NCBI GenBank assembly: GCA_039096225.1
Contig: JBBPEB010000028.1
Location: forward strand, 868,001 to 932,000
Direction of reading: 5' to 3'
Length of the DNA stretch: 64,000 nt
DNA from: Blastocystis sp. Blastoise
Lineage: Eukaryota > Protista > Bigyra: Opalinata
Shown: in pieces, positions 30,371 to 44,529 of the stretch
Layout of the letters: every line of letters starts with the position of its first letter
How positions within the stretch are numbered: the stretch's first letter is position 1
The notes under the pieces: generated by a model
What the model was told of the DNA's origin: nothing
Seen by the model: only the letters and a program-made list of their open reading frames with translations
Database searches by the model: none
Position numbers and translations under genes: made by a program

Positions 30371-33033
30371 AGATGATATCAATTGCTCGAGGAATAGGTT
30401 CATTGCCTCCAAAAACAGATATTGATATATATTATAAATCTATATGTAATCAAGTATATATATATATATATAGGTATATATATATATATATAGGTAACAT
30501 GTTATATAAAAAAGAATGATAAACACTTAGGTATAGAAATGATATATATAATAAAGAATATATATGAGAAGCATCCTATGTATCTATATAAATATTTATA
30601 TAACTGTTTATTCGATCATTTGAATTCATTCTTAAAACAACCATTCTTCTCTTCTCTAGTATTACGTATATATATATATATAATCTATCAATATATATAT
30701 ATACGTAAATCAATATATATATATATATATATATATATTATCACTATAGCTGTTCCAACAGAAAATGTGACTAGTTCTTCTCTTTCTTCTTCTTTCTCTT
30801 CCTTTATATATATATTATCTCTTACCACTCCTCCTCTATCTCTTATTCAATCTATATCTATCTATATACCACTTTTATTCTATATTTACACATTTGCAAA
30901 ATCAATCAAGTATTTATATATATATTATTATTATAATTATTATATATATATATATAGATCGTATATGTCTTCACCATTAAGAAATATCATACTTACATAT
31001 ATAAAGCTTTCTCCCGCGGTTATTCCTACACTTTTATATATATCTACTGGAGATGGATTAAGAGAAGATTTACATTATAAGTATATATATATATATATAT
31101 ATATTATTATTATTTATATATAGAATGAAAGCATCTAAAGATGGTGGAATTGATCTTATTCCCGCGGTTAATGAAGATAAAATAGAAGAAGAATCTCCTT
31201 CGATGACTATTCCATCATTATCTTTTAAAGAAGATGATTGGACGTTGAATTTAGAATCGAAAGTTGATTGGTCGAAAGAAACATCGTGTTTAATTGATTT
31301 GTTAACTGTCGTTAAAGATACTCCGATTGTAGGCGATCTATTTATCGAATTACTTAAAGAATATTTCACAGTTCGTGTATTTCCTTCTCGATCAACAAGT
31401 TTATCTATAAATCCTTTAAAAATAGTTCAAATAATCATGGGAATGATTGAAGAATTTCAAGAGCAATTATTTTCAAAGAATATATATAGAGGTTTGTCGT
31501 GTATATATAATATTATTTTATATATACATCAAAGTCTAATGAGAAATAAGGACATTCCTCAACCTATTCATAAGTATATATATATATTTTATTTTTATTA
31601 TTATTTATTTTTATGAATATATTATAGAATAACAACTATATATATATATACATAGGATAGGTTATTTGGATATAAATGAAGAAGAAGAAGAGAATGATAT
31701 AGATATAGATATAGATATAGAAGGAGTTTTTGATATTATTAATATATGTACAGGTATATAATAAGTATTATGATCGTATAACTCGAATAATGATAATCAT
31801 ATATGTATATATATATATAGAAATTTTAAAAAGTGTTTATTATATGTTAGATGATGTAGAGATAGAGGATAGTGATTCCCGCGGGAAAACAGAACATAAT
31901 CATCCGATAATACAGGAGGTCGAAGAAACCAAACGTGAAGTTCAACAAGTCAGTATATATATATATATATATATATATTGTTAGTTATCTAGTTTTTAGA
32001 GTTTTTATTTTATATAACTGTTTTGTTTTTTATTATTTTTATGAAAATTTTTTTGTATTTTTAATAATAAATATAGTAATGAATATAATAAAGATATATA
32101 TATATATATATATAGTGTCTTCAACAAAAGCTGTTGATGAGCTGGAAGTACTAGAAAAGCAACGTCTTCTAACGGAAATCAATAAATATATACCATTATT
32201 ACAAGACATACAAGAATATGGAAGTATATATATATATATATTATTATTATTATTATTATTATTATTTATATATAGATATGTATATTCTATACGAGCCTTG
32301 TCAAACAATATCTTTTTATATAAATGAGTGTATTAAAACCCTCAACGCGTCACTTGACAAGAATAGTGATGAAGAAAAGAAAAAAGTTGAAAGTAGTTTA
32401 CAAGGTATATATATGTATAAATAGTATTAGATAAATATATATATAATTCTATGTATATAGAAGAAATTGATGTAGCGCGGTCGATGCCCGCCATTTTGAA
32501 GGATTTATCTCATCCTCTTCCCGCCATTCGTTCTTATGCTCTGTCACGTGTTATTCAAATAATTAAAGAACAAAAAGAAAGTATATTATAGTTATATTTA
32601 TTTATTAATACTTCTATATTATTATATTCATTATATTTATAATTATAATTCCCTATTTACACAGATTTATTTCCCTACCTTGATGATATTCTTACCATAT
32701 GTAACAAGAACTTATGTGATAATGATAGTTATGTATATTTATATGCTATTCAGGCATTTACATATCTCTCTGATTATTTTGCAGATAAAGTATATATATA
32801 TATTTATGATACTATAATTGATAGTAATTAAGAATTATATTGTATATTTTATTTTCTACTATGTTTTCAATTATATTTATATATATATATTTATATATAT
32901 AGACATTACCATTATTATTAGATCGTTTTAATAATACTGCTTCTCCCGCGGAATTACGACTAAAGATCGGAGAAGTAATTGTAAGTACAGTGAAACATCA
33001 TGGGCAAGGGTCAATTCAGTATATATATATATA

Positions 33034-33090
<57 letters not shown>

Positions 33091-33801
33091 GATTTTCATC
33101 ATTAATTATGAATTCATTTTTGACTTATATGTCTCCTTCAGGTAGTTTAAGCCGTGCTGAATTAGATAAAAAGAAATCAACAACTGGAATTACTGATGAT
33201 GATTGTATATTATTCACTATTCTATATATATATATATATATATATAGTATTTGCATTACAAGCTCTTCGTTCCTCATGTTTTTCTAATGTTGGTGAATTA
33301 TGTGAATATATGAAGTATCAAATACAAGATTATATAGTTGTATATATATAAAGTTATCTTTATATATCCTTTTATTCTCTATATTATTATACATATTATT
33401 ATTATTATACATATTATTATTATTATTATTATTATTATATAATAATAGGAGATATTAAGTCATTGTATGGGTGTATTAAGAATGGAAAAAGGAAAAGAAA
33501 ATATACTTATACGTAGAGCAGCACTTTATTTATTAACACAAGTGATCAAAGGAAGTCAAGAGTATATATATATATATATATAATATATATACTATATCTA
33601 GAGATCTATTTATATATATATAGAGATATATATACTATATTAAAAGATATGTTTCCAAGAATACGTCAGATATTAATAGAAGTAGAAGATGATAATGATC
33701 CTGTTTTACAAGAGCATGCGAGACTAGCAAATCAATATTTACAAACAGCATCAAAACAACTATTCTTTGGTACAAATTCTTTAATAGAAGAAATCAATTA
33801 A
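29441..33801 (+). CDS. TANGO6: TANGO6/Rtp1 HEAT-repeat protein, about 16 exons
   Basis: YYKSICNQ; LSHPLPAIRSYAL; LCDNDSYVYLYAIQAL; LRLKIGEVI; LRSSCFSNVGELC; IRRAALYLL. Confidence 0.85.
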
Positions 33802-34238
33802 AATTATATTATTTATTAAAATAAAAATTTGTTTTTTTCTTTATATTATTAGTTTTAAATATAACTAAACAAATAATAAATTTAAAAAACAAATATACAC
33901 ATGAAACATATAAAAAACCTATTATAAAAGGAGAAAAGAAGAAAAATACAACTTTATTGATATATATTTCTTGATATAATAAGTAATAATGACTAATTAT
34001 TTTAAGAAATAAATCAAAAGGTAAAGAGAACATAGAATACAAACATAGAAAATAAAAGTAAAAAAAAAGATAAAGAAACAATATATAAAATTCATTATAG
34101 TAGTCATGACATTATTTTGTATAAAAGTATATATATATATATACAATTAATACAAATTTATCATAGATATACTAAAATAAATAGTATAGTAGATCTTTGT
34201 AAAAAGATATTTATAAATTATATAAATTAAAAATCTTC

Positions 34239-35243
34239 TTATTGTTCAACATCCATAGTAGAATTAGAACTAGCAGGAGTAATTGTTTTATGTAAATGAG
34301 CATATTGTTTCTGCTTCTTTCTCTTCTCTTTCTCTAGTTTCTCTTCTTTAGCTTTCTGTTTACGTTCTGCCTGTTGTTGTTTAAATGCAGCAATACGTTC
34401 TTCACTAGCAACTTTCTCTTTATCACGAAGTTCTTTCTGAACAGCTAAAGCAGCATTCACCTATAAATATAAATATATTTAAAAATATAAATATATAAAT
34501 ATATTTAAAAATATAAAATAAATGTGCCACGGTTATGACTCGTAGGCCTCCAAGTAGCACACAGCAAGCGGACTTGATTAAAAGCATAAATATTTTTAAA
34601 AAAAATTATTTATTTTAATATATAAAATAACTTTCATCCAGAGGCAGACTTAAGGACCGTGAAGGTAAAAAGAAGCAAAACGCACTTTTAATGATTTCTT
34701 TATCAACTCCAAAGAAGAAAAATATTATGAAAAATAGATTTCTTTATATATATTGGAATTGAAATGAATGTCGTTTTATTTTCTTCTTCTATTATTTTCA
34801 CGGTTTGTCATAACATAGGTAACATATATTTAATTATATCGACAAAGAAAATATATATAAATATAAATATATACTTCTTTGTCATCAGGAATAGGATTTT
34901 CCCAAGTTCTTTCGATAAAAGCAAAAGGTTTATTAGGTTTTTCTGACTTGTTTTCTTCTAAAGATATATAAACAATAAATATACATAGAATGTAAGAGAG
35001 AATTTTTAAAAAAAAATAAATACCCATATCAATGTCTTCACTAGGTTTCTCAACAACAGGTTCAGAAGATTGTAAGACATCAGCAAGTTTGGCGAAAGAG
35101 TCAGCATTTCCATTTAAATAGACAGAAACTAATTGTCTCTTAGTACAAGCTTCTTGACGTTCCTTTTGTTTGGGAGCATAGATTTCTTTACGTAAGACAG
35201 CTCGGTTCTTCTTTTTCTGTTTAGATCTTATACTCTTAGCCAT
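34239..35243 (-). CDS. LLPH/DUF2423-like small basic nucleolar protein; snoRNA host
   Basis: N-terminus MAKSIRSKQKKKNRAVLR; 3 exons. Confidence 0.75.
34520..34662 (-). ncRNA. Intronic box H/ACA snoRNA (3' hairpin), predicted guide for LSU rRNA pseudouridine equivalent to yeast 2266
   Basis: Stem CACGGU/ACCGUG; pocket strands CCUUAA and GAGUCAUA complement conserved UAUGACUC-U-C-UUAAGG; ACA box 16 nt from pocket top; 5' end not defined. Confidence 0.85.
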
Positions 35244-35448
35244 TATGAATAAGAATATAAAAGAAAAATATATATATATAAATATTGGAGAGAAAAACGT
35301 TTTCTCGTTTCTGTCTTGTGGTAAAAAGAAAAGTGTGCAGTGATATAAAAGAATCTATGATAATCATAGAAAAGGAGAACTTGACACTTTTCATTTTTTT
35401 TTTTTGTTTTTTTTTTTGATTTTGTTATCTTGTTTTTGACTTTGAAAC

Positions 35449-35730
35449 ATGAACGCTGCTTGTTTATTAGGAAGAAGACTTGCTTGTCAATTAAAGAGAG
35501 TCCCTAAACGTTTATTCTCTGATTCCTCTGTTAAGAAGAACATCTTTGTTGAAGAACATAATGGTTTAAAAGAAGGTCTTGGTGATACTTTCAAAATGTC
35601 TCCTTCTATTTGGCTTTCTTTTATTGTTATGATGGGTGTTATCCCTGTTGGTTGTTATGCTATTTTCAAGAAAGAAGAAAGTATTAAGAATCCTGCTAAA
35701 AAGTTAAGAGTTCCTGCTAAGTTAGAATAA
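35449..35730 (+). CDS. NDUFB4: Complex I accessory subunit B15/NDUFB4-like with mitochondrial presequence
   Basis: KNIFVEEHNGLKE...F...GVIPVGCY resembles plant-type B15 (KNKFIEDW...REN...F.W...GIALP..VY); one TM helix; R/L-rich N-terminus ending KRLFS. Confidence 0.7.
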   Translation: MNAACLLGRRLACQLKRVPKRLFSDSSVKKNIFVEEHNGLKEGLGDTFKMSPSIWLSFIVMMGVIPVGCYAIFKKEESIKNPAKKLRVPAKLE

Positions 35731-36142
35731 ACTTTTTTCTTTAGATTTTTATTTTTATAATTCATACATAGCTTTGATTAACAAATATTATCAATGCCTA
35801 TATTTTAAATAAAAAATTATATATTTATATGCTTGTATCTATTATATCATTTCCAATTTCTTTATTTTTTTACACTTTTTTTTTTAAATATCTTTTTTAT
35901 AATTCTCTAAAATCTTAAAATAATAATAATTAAAAAAAATAATACTATTTGCAATGTATATGTTTTGCTTTATCTATTTATATTTCTTTTACGTTGAAAT
36001 TTATTGGATAATAAAACAAAACAATATGTATTTTTAAATGTATATGAATCATATAGAGAGATAAAGAAAGTTTATTTAATATTAAGAAAAATATATTATA
36101 AGATGATATTTTAATAAATAAACAAAAAAATATATATATATT

Positions 36143-38059
36143 TTACTTGAGATCCTTTTTATTCTTACGAGCAGATTTTGTTTGTTTTTTTTCTTCATCT
36201 TCCGGAGGTCTAGGAGAAGGTACTTCAACAGGATTATCTATTTCACCACTATATATATATATATATATGAATAAAAAATAATAGTAATATAAAAATAATC
36301 GATAGTATATATATATTATTCTATATACTTTGTATAGACTTTTTGAAAAACTTTAGCAGGTCCATTTGATTTATTCGAAGGAGTACTAACTAATTTAGGA
36401 GTTACTCGAGCAGGAGTTATTTGCTTTTTGTCTAATTCTATATTTATATATGTTAACTATTGTAATTATTAATAGAAATGTTATTAAAATAATGATGAAA
36501 TGTTATTAAAATAATAATTAAAATTTAATAAAAAAATAATAATTAAAAATTTAATAAAATAATAATAAATAGATAATAATAATAATATATACTTCCTAAT
36601 AAGTTAGCAAGAGGATTAACAGAAATAGATTTCCTTTTACTAAGTATCATATCTAATGTTTCTTCATCACTACTACTACTACTACTACTACTAGAAGTAC
36701 TATCACTATCAGTATCACTAGTAGTACTATCACTATTATTTGTAGTAGTAGATTTCTTTACAGGAGTAGTTGACTTCTTTTGATTCTTAACATTAGCTTT
36801 AGAATTGGTAGTAGTAGTCACAGCTGTAGTAGAAATAGTAGTTTGTTTATTAGTACCAGTAGAAGGAGTAACAGGTGCAGAAATAGGAAGAGGAGAAGCT
36901 GACTTTACTGGAGTCTTTTGAAGATTAACTATTTATATATATATATTATACTTGTATATATCTTAGATACAATGAATATATAATAATACATATATATTCA
37001 AATGAATAATATATTATATATTATATATACAATCTTTAAATATACGGTCGTCATCAGTACTGTCACTACTATCACTAGTAGTAGAAGAGGAAGGAGATAA
37101 AGTAACATTAGAATCTATCTTTTTAGGTATATTTTCAACAGGAATATCAATTTTTGATTGTTTTTCTTCTTCAATAATGTCCATCTTCTTTATATCATTA
37201 GTAGATGAAGATTCTTTAGAATGTTCTTCAACTGGAGATATTTCTTGAGTTAATTGAGAATCAATATCAAGTGATTGAGAAAGAGTACTGATGGACTCAT
37301 CTTCATCACTGGCACTATCCATATCTATATATATTATATATATATATATGAATATTTATAAAATTAAATATATAAATAGTATAGTATACAACAGAAAAAT
37401 ATGGTTTTAGATAATATATTTATAAATAGTAGTAAAGAATAGAATAATTAAAATAAATATATCCAGTAATATACCGAAAGTAGGAGCTTTCTTTTCTTCT
37501 ATAATAGGCATAGGGTGTGATAGAACAGGAGCAACTACAGCAGGAGCAATGGCTTCTTGAACTTTTTCTTTTTCTACACTAACTTCTTGTTTTTTTTGTT
37601 TCTTATTCGTACGCTTCTTAGTAGCACCAGTATTTTCAACAGAAGCAGGAGTAGTAGAAGCAGCAGTAGTATTTTCAACAGGAGCAGCAGTAGTATTTTC
37701 AATAGGAGCAGGAGTAGTATTTTCAACAGTAGTATTTTCAACTGTAGAACTTTCAACTGTAGTATTTTCAACAGCAGATACAGGAGTTACTTTTTCTTTA
37801 TCAGAATTTTTCTTAGTAGGACTGACTTTGGTTGTTTTAGCCGGTCTACCTCTAGTTTTAGGTTTAGTTTCTTTTATGTTACTAATGCTAATAGGTATAT
37901 CTTCATCACTATCGTCCGAATCTTCAAGAGTTATTTTAGAAGTAGCTTTAATAGTTGATTTCTTATTAATTCTTGGAGATTTCTTTGTAGGAACAGTAGC
38001 AGGAGTAGAAGTAGAAGAAGTAGATACTTCTGTTCCTTCTATTTTAGATTCAGAAACAG

Positions 38060-38091
<32 letters not shown>

Positions 38092-39628
38092 ACAACTTTA
38101 GGTTTTCTACCTCTCTTAGCAGCAGGTTTTGGAGATTCAACTTTCTTTTCTTCTTCTTGTATTTCTTTTGATTCTTCTTTAGAAATAGGTTTGGGAAGTT
38201 CTTTAGCTATAGTTTTATGAGGATGTTTAGTAGTTTCTTTAGAGATATCATTAGTAGTAGTTTTAGCATTCTTCTTAGTCGTCTTAGGACCACGTTTAGA
38301 AGGAGTAGAAGTACTATTTTCTTTAATAGTTTCCTTAGTAATATCTTTATTCACAATATCTTTATTCACAATATCTTTATTCACAACATCTTTATTTACA
38401 ACATCTTTAGTGATTTCCTTAGAATTTTCTTGAATAGTTTCTTTTGGAGTTTCTTTAATAGTATCCTTAGGAACTTCTTTTACAATTTCTTTAGTTGTTT
38501 CTTGTTCAGAAGGAATAATATCAGATTTATTTCCTTTCTTTGCAGCCTTCTTATTAACTTTAGGAGCATTAATCTTTGTAGCAGCAGGAACAGAAGTAGC
38601 AGTAGGAGTAGCAGTAGAAACAGAAGGAGTTTTCTTAGTATTCTTACTAGTAGTAGTAGCAGTAGTAGTAGCAGGTTTTGCTTTAAGAGTAGAAGGTTTA
38701 GTTACATTCTCGACATTCTTCTTAGGAATTCCAATAGTAATAGTCGCGGGAATAGTAGTAATAGGAGAAGAAGGTAAATCAGCTAAAATACTCTTCGAAG
38801 AAATACCAGGAGTCGTTGTCTATATTTATATATATAGATAGATAGAATTAGATAAAATAAATACATAATAAAATAAAATGAAATGAAATGAAATAAAATA
38901 AATACATAATAAAATAAATACATAATAAAATAAAATAAATACATAATAAAATGAAATAAATACATAATAAAATGAAATAAAATAAAATAAAAATAAATAA
39001 AATAAATACATAATAAAATAAAAATAAAATAAAATAAATACATAATAAAATAAAAATAAAATAAAATAAATACATAATAAAATAAAATAAAATAAAAATA
39101 ACACATTAGAGATACAAAACAGCAACTCCTTTCAATAATAATATAATTTTAAAAATATTTTAATATAATACAAAATCATAAAACACACAGAGGTAGCCGA
39201 TTCTATAGAAATTAAACAAATTAGATTTTAAGAATAATAAAGATAATCTATATATATATATATATACCTTCAGTTCTTTGTTTCTTTTGAGGATGACTCA
39301 AATCTTCGTTGCTATTCATTCTCTTTGTAGCCTTTTTAGCACTTTCAGGAATAACTTCCAAACAAATTTGTTTAGAAGGAACAAATTTTTGTTTATCGGA
39401 AACATAATAAAAACGAGTGTCATTCAATCCATTACTTTGGATTTGAGTAGCAACACGTTTTGCATTAGGAACTTCAATGTCAACAGGTAAATCATGAATG
39501 ACCTTTAAAGCTTGAGTTTTAAATGACGAGAAAGTATCAAAATGTTGAGTTGTTTGAAAAACATAATCTACTGACGAGCTATCATTCTTATATGAAATGA
39601 AATAATTGTTCACTGAATCTTCAGCCAT
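36143..39628 (-). CDS. Large low-complexity T/S/K/P-rich nuclear protein with AT-hook-like motifs
   Basis: Exons join in frame via a 14-nt microexon; KRGRKPK, RGRPAK, VENTT and NKDIV repeats; small globular N-terminal domain. Confidence 0.7.
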
Positions 39629-40109
39629 TTTGATTCAATAACAAAGATAAAAAAAAATCACTTTGAAAATTTGAGAGGTTGCATACTTTTCATCTTTTAG
39701 TCAAAATAGGAGATTTTCCATGGGAAAGTCACGTTTGTTTTTTAATTTTTATTTTAAACAGATTTAGATAGATAATTGTTTGTTTATAGTACATAGAATG
39801 TATGTTTGCATTTTAATGAGTATGAGGAAGTGGTTGTGAATCTTTAGTTGAGATATTATTGCAAATCAATGTCAAGTATTATTCTTTATTATGCTTTAAC
39901 TCTTCAAGATATGTTTAAAATTATGTTGTTATTATTTTCCGATATTCAGCAGTGTTGAGTTGTCATGAATAAAAGATTTAACTTATAAAATAGTTTTTAA
40001 ATAAGGTTGTGGTCTCTATAGACTTGTTAAATAAGTGGATTAAGATAAATGAATAAATATAGAATATATAAATACAAAGTATGAAACATAGAAAAAGAAG
40101 AAAAATTAT

Positions 40110-41209
40110 TTATGACTTGGGTTCTTCCGATTTTATTCGATTCTCTTTTTTGATAGGTAGCCAAGAAGGCATAGATTCTTTAGTCATCATACCTCTAAAT
40201 GGATGATTCATTCTTTCTAATATCTATATATATATATGAATGTATTATTATAAAATAAAATATTTAGAAGAGATAACAAAAGAATATAATATACTATAGA
40301 TTCTTCATCAGTAAGTAGCCCACGTTCTTTTCGAATTCTTAATCCTTTTCGTTTTCTCCAGAAATCGAAACCTTTATTACCCTAAAAGAATTAATCTATT
40401 ATTTATCACTCTTTTTGAATAGTTATTATTGATATGTATATAATTATAACGATACTAAAAAAATAAAAATTAAAAACTATACATAATAAGCAAGAAGAGA
40501 AAAACCCGTAAATCCAAGTATAAAATAAGGGGATTGTTTTGGTGCTATAATATATATATATAATGATATACCCTGAATTGTTAAAAAAAAATAAAGCAAT
40601 AGATAATTCCAAATACATAATATATATATATAATAGAATATTGAATAATTAAAAAATAATAATCAAAACACATAAAAATAAGGAATACACAACTATAATA
40701 AACATATATATAGCCTATATAGAATAGGAATAGAATGAAAATGAATCTATATACCAAGCATCAAACCCAAGGCAGTTCCTGTAATAGCACCACTACCTCC
40801 TACGGTATAAATATTTCTTCCATATTTTTCATATAAAGGTGTCGAGATTCCAGCATAAAGAGCAGCAGAAATACCAAATGTGACTGCATAAGAGGAAACA
40901 AAACTCTGAATAGGTCGTTTTTTTGTTAATGCATAAGTATATCCTGTCAAAGCACCACCAAGAGCTATAGGAGATGATTCCAAACATGATGTAAATAATA
41001 AGCATAAACATACCTCCACCCCATAAGTATTTGATCAACTTAAGACGTAAACCATCTATAGACAATTACAGATTAAACAGTATTCAAAAATTACCTTTAG
41101 GTACATCGATTATTTTGTTATTCATAAATGTATTTTTATTGATAGTTTCAGAAGGTTGATCGGAATGATCAGCAGTTTCATTCTTATTAACATCATTTTC
41201 TTGACTCAT
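40110..41209 (-). CDS. Tim17/Tim22/Tim23-family membrane protein
   Basis: GGALGGALTG...FGISAALYAGI...GSGAITGTALG glycine-zipper helices; 6 exons. Confidence 0.65.
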
Positions 41210-41418
41210 AGATATATATTTATATGAAAAAGAATAAAAGAGAAAAATAGAAATAAAATGAAAAAAGAAATTAAAGAAAAAAAAGAGAAAACATGGAATT
41301 AAAAAAGAAAAAAAATGATTTCTTAAAGAAATCGAAACTAGAAACAAATAAGTTGTTGCAGTTTTATATATATTTTTAATTTTATATACTTTATAATTGA
41401 AATAGAAATATTATAAAA

Positions 41419-42185
41419 ATGTCAGATGATGTTGTTTATACAGAAATCATAAGTTTATCTATACCTTGTCCTCAATCAAGAGTATATGCATCTCCCTCCA
41501 TATTTAAAGTGTAGCTTTTTGTATCAGGAATATCGCCAAAGATATCATCAGACTATTTAGATGTATTATTTTATGGTTATATATACTTTATGCCTAGACT
41601 CTTTTTTCTCAATATGGATTATTGTATTTTTTCTTGCCGTTTACGAAAGGAGAAACTTCAGAAATCAGTTATGCGATTATATGGTATTATTCATCTTATG
41701 CAGCAAAAATGGCTATCCGTGATTTGAATAATTCTACCATTCACAGTATAGGAATCCATATACAATTATAATAATTATCCAATAGATCATAAAATGCACG
41801 TATCTATAAGTGAGACGGATCATGAATATAGAAATATCATATCTGAAAACCAAGTAAATGAATTATTTCTTTCAATGAGTGAATAAATATGATATTTCTT
41901 TACTTTAGATGTATGCGTTGATGGGATACTATGCAGGATATGATAGTTGGAGTAATAAAGTCGTCTATTCACATAAAATTCCTTCTTTAAAGAATCAGAA
42001 AAAGAGATTAAATATAAATACTGTTCATCCTTCTATATCCTCTACTCGCTATATATCTCCAGAATTAAAACAAGATGAATGTTTTACTATAGATCATGAA
42101 GAATTATTAAGTGAAGATTATCAAAGTATTTATAATAAATATATTGAAATCAATGGAATAGACTGTGTATATATATAAGTATTAT

Positions 42186-42247
<62 letters not shown>

Positions 42248-42259
42248 TGTTTAACAATG

Positions 42260-42307
<48 letters not shown>

Positions 42308-43123
42308 GGATGACGATTTATATATATGTCATGTTCAATTCTATATACATCCTTCGTCATTTATATATAAAGAGAAATATGGATCTAAAGAATATGAAAT
42401 AGGTATATATATATATTATATATTTTTTAAAAGTTATGATTCTCTTGATATTATATAATATAATAGATTCATAAATATAATAAACATAATAATTATAGTA
42501 AAATAAAAAAAATATATATAAAAATATAAACAGATATAATAATTCTAATAATATATAAACACATATAATAATTCTAATAATATATAAACAGACATAATGA
42601 TTATAATACTAAACACATATAATAATTATAATACTATATAAACAAATATAATGATTATAATACTATATAAACACATATAATAATTCTAATACTATATAGT
42701 AAATACAGAGTTAGTAGAGGCCATTCAGTTGTGTCCAGCTGTTCCTGTGTCGACTTATAATCGAAGTACTCATCTATATATATATAGAGAAACCATTAAA
42801 CATATATCAAATCATATATTTCTATATTTAGAATGGAATAAAAACGATATATTTATATCCTTTATTATATTATGTTTTATCTATATATAATAGAATATAT
42901 ACTATTCTATTTATATACATGTATATCTTTTGCATATAAATAAGATCTATTTCTTGTAGTAACAAAATATATTTTGATTTATATATATATATTATATTAT
43001 TCTTTAATTGTTAACAATTGTCATTATTTGATACGTCCTGATTCAGATATATATATGAATATATATAAACAGGAACATTATGACATGGAAGAAGAAGAAT
43101 GGACTGATATCAAAGAATCATAG
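41419..43123 (+). CDS. RDM1: RDM1-like protein (RRM plus RAD52 motif)
   Basis: LFSQYGLLY...[15 protein letters not shown]...[16 protein letters not shown] parallels RDM1 FSQFGLLY...YAVIKFYSARAA...LANYYFGFNGCS. Confidence 0.8.
42855..43015 (+). other. U12-type AT-AC intron
   Basis: 5' ATATCCTTT; branch-like TTCTTTAAT; 3' TTAAC; phase-0 removal restores the ORF to TAG at 43121-43123. Confidence 0.9.
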
Positions 43124-43585
43124 TAAATAAATGAATAAATGAATAAATAATTAAATAAATGAATAAGTAAATAAATGAATGAATAAATAAATAAATGAAT
43201 AAATGAATAAATAAATAAATAATTAAATAAATAAAATATTGTTATGTGTTTTGTTTATAAATTATAGAAAAGAATATTATCTATAATACGTCAATAATAG
43301 AGTTGAAACATAAATTCACTATTTATATATAATATAGAAAAGTTAAAAATATAAGTTTATTAGTGCAAATATAGGTGTTTTGGTTGTATATACGAACAAA
43401 GCAAAAAGTATATAGCGATAATATAATATAGTACAGCTCATAGAAATGAAAGCAATAAAGACTCGAAAATAGAAGCACAAAAAAAATAATTATATACACA
43501 TTATTGAAAAATAAAACAAGTTTATAATATATACACATAGGGAGAAAAAAGAAAAGACAAATATATATATATATATATATAAGAG

Positions 43586-44203
43586 TTATTTTGATATATA
43601 TTGTTTGAGGACATATACCCAGCTATTTGCATTTCCTTCCATATCAGAGAGATTTAATTTACTATTCTATATATATATATATAAGAAAATGATATATAAT
43701 GAATATTAAAATAAGAAAAAGAAAGAAATGATAAGTTATATAAATAAATAGATATATTTAACATAATCAATAAAAATAAACATAAAAATAAACTCAAAAT
43801 AAAAATAAAAATAAATATATAAATATAAATATACGTCTCTATTTGGTTGAGGAATAAGTTCAATAGTGAATTTCGATTTACTATATATAGCTATTTTAAG
43901 AACAGTCGATAGAGAAATCTCTTGAATAACTTGATATGTATTTATATCTATAACTAAAACACGACCTAAATCTGTTAATAATAACTATATATATATATTC
44001 TTATTTTTATAAACAAAGATATTATTAAATTTTTTTATTTAATAATATAAATAAAAAAAAAAACAAATAATAATGATGATTATAAATATATATATACATG
44101 TATTTTTCTAGAGGATGTAAATAGACCTCTTTTTAATTTACAAATCGATGTTTTTACAATAGTCTCATTCGATTGAAGAAATTTACTTAATGGACTTGCT
44201 GAT

Positions 44204-44261
<58 letters not shown>

Positions 44262-44473
44262 TCATCGTCAGAATTTATATCCAAGTCATTTTCTTTATCT
44301 TCAAAATTTTTCTATATATATAAATAAATAATAAATAATAAATAATAAAATAGTTATATATACCATAATAAGTTGAAGTGATTCTACTTTTGGTTTAAAT
44401 GGCGCGGGAGAAGCAGAAATGGAGGGAAAATCAATAGAAGCAAAGAATGGATGTGCCTATATAAATAAATATA

Positions 44474-44529
<56 letters not shown>

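Noticed and set aside
34520-34690. U11/U12 snRNA, RNase MRP or an organellar rRNA fragment (ACGGTCCTTAAG)
   Set aside because: No Sm site or diagnostic motifs; the H/ACA guide model explains the stem, both pocket strands and the ACA box
37557-38777. Plus-strand S/F/V-rich ORFs
   Set aside because: Antisense shadows of the low-complexity minus-strand exon
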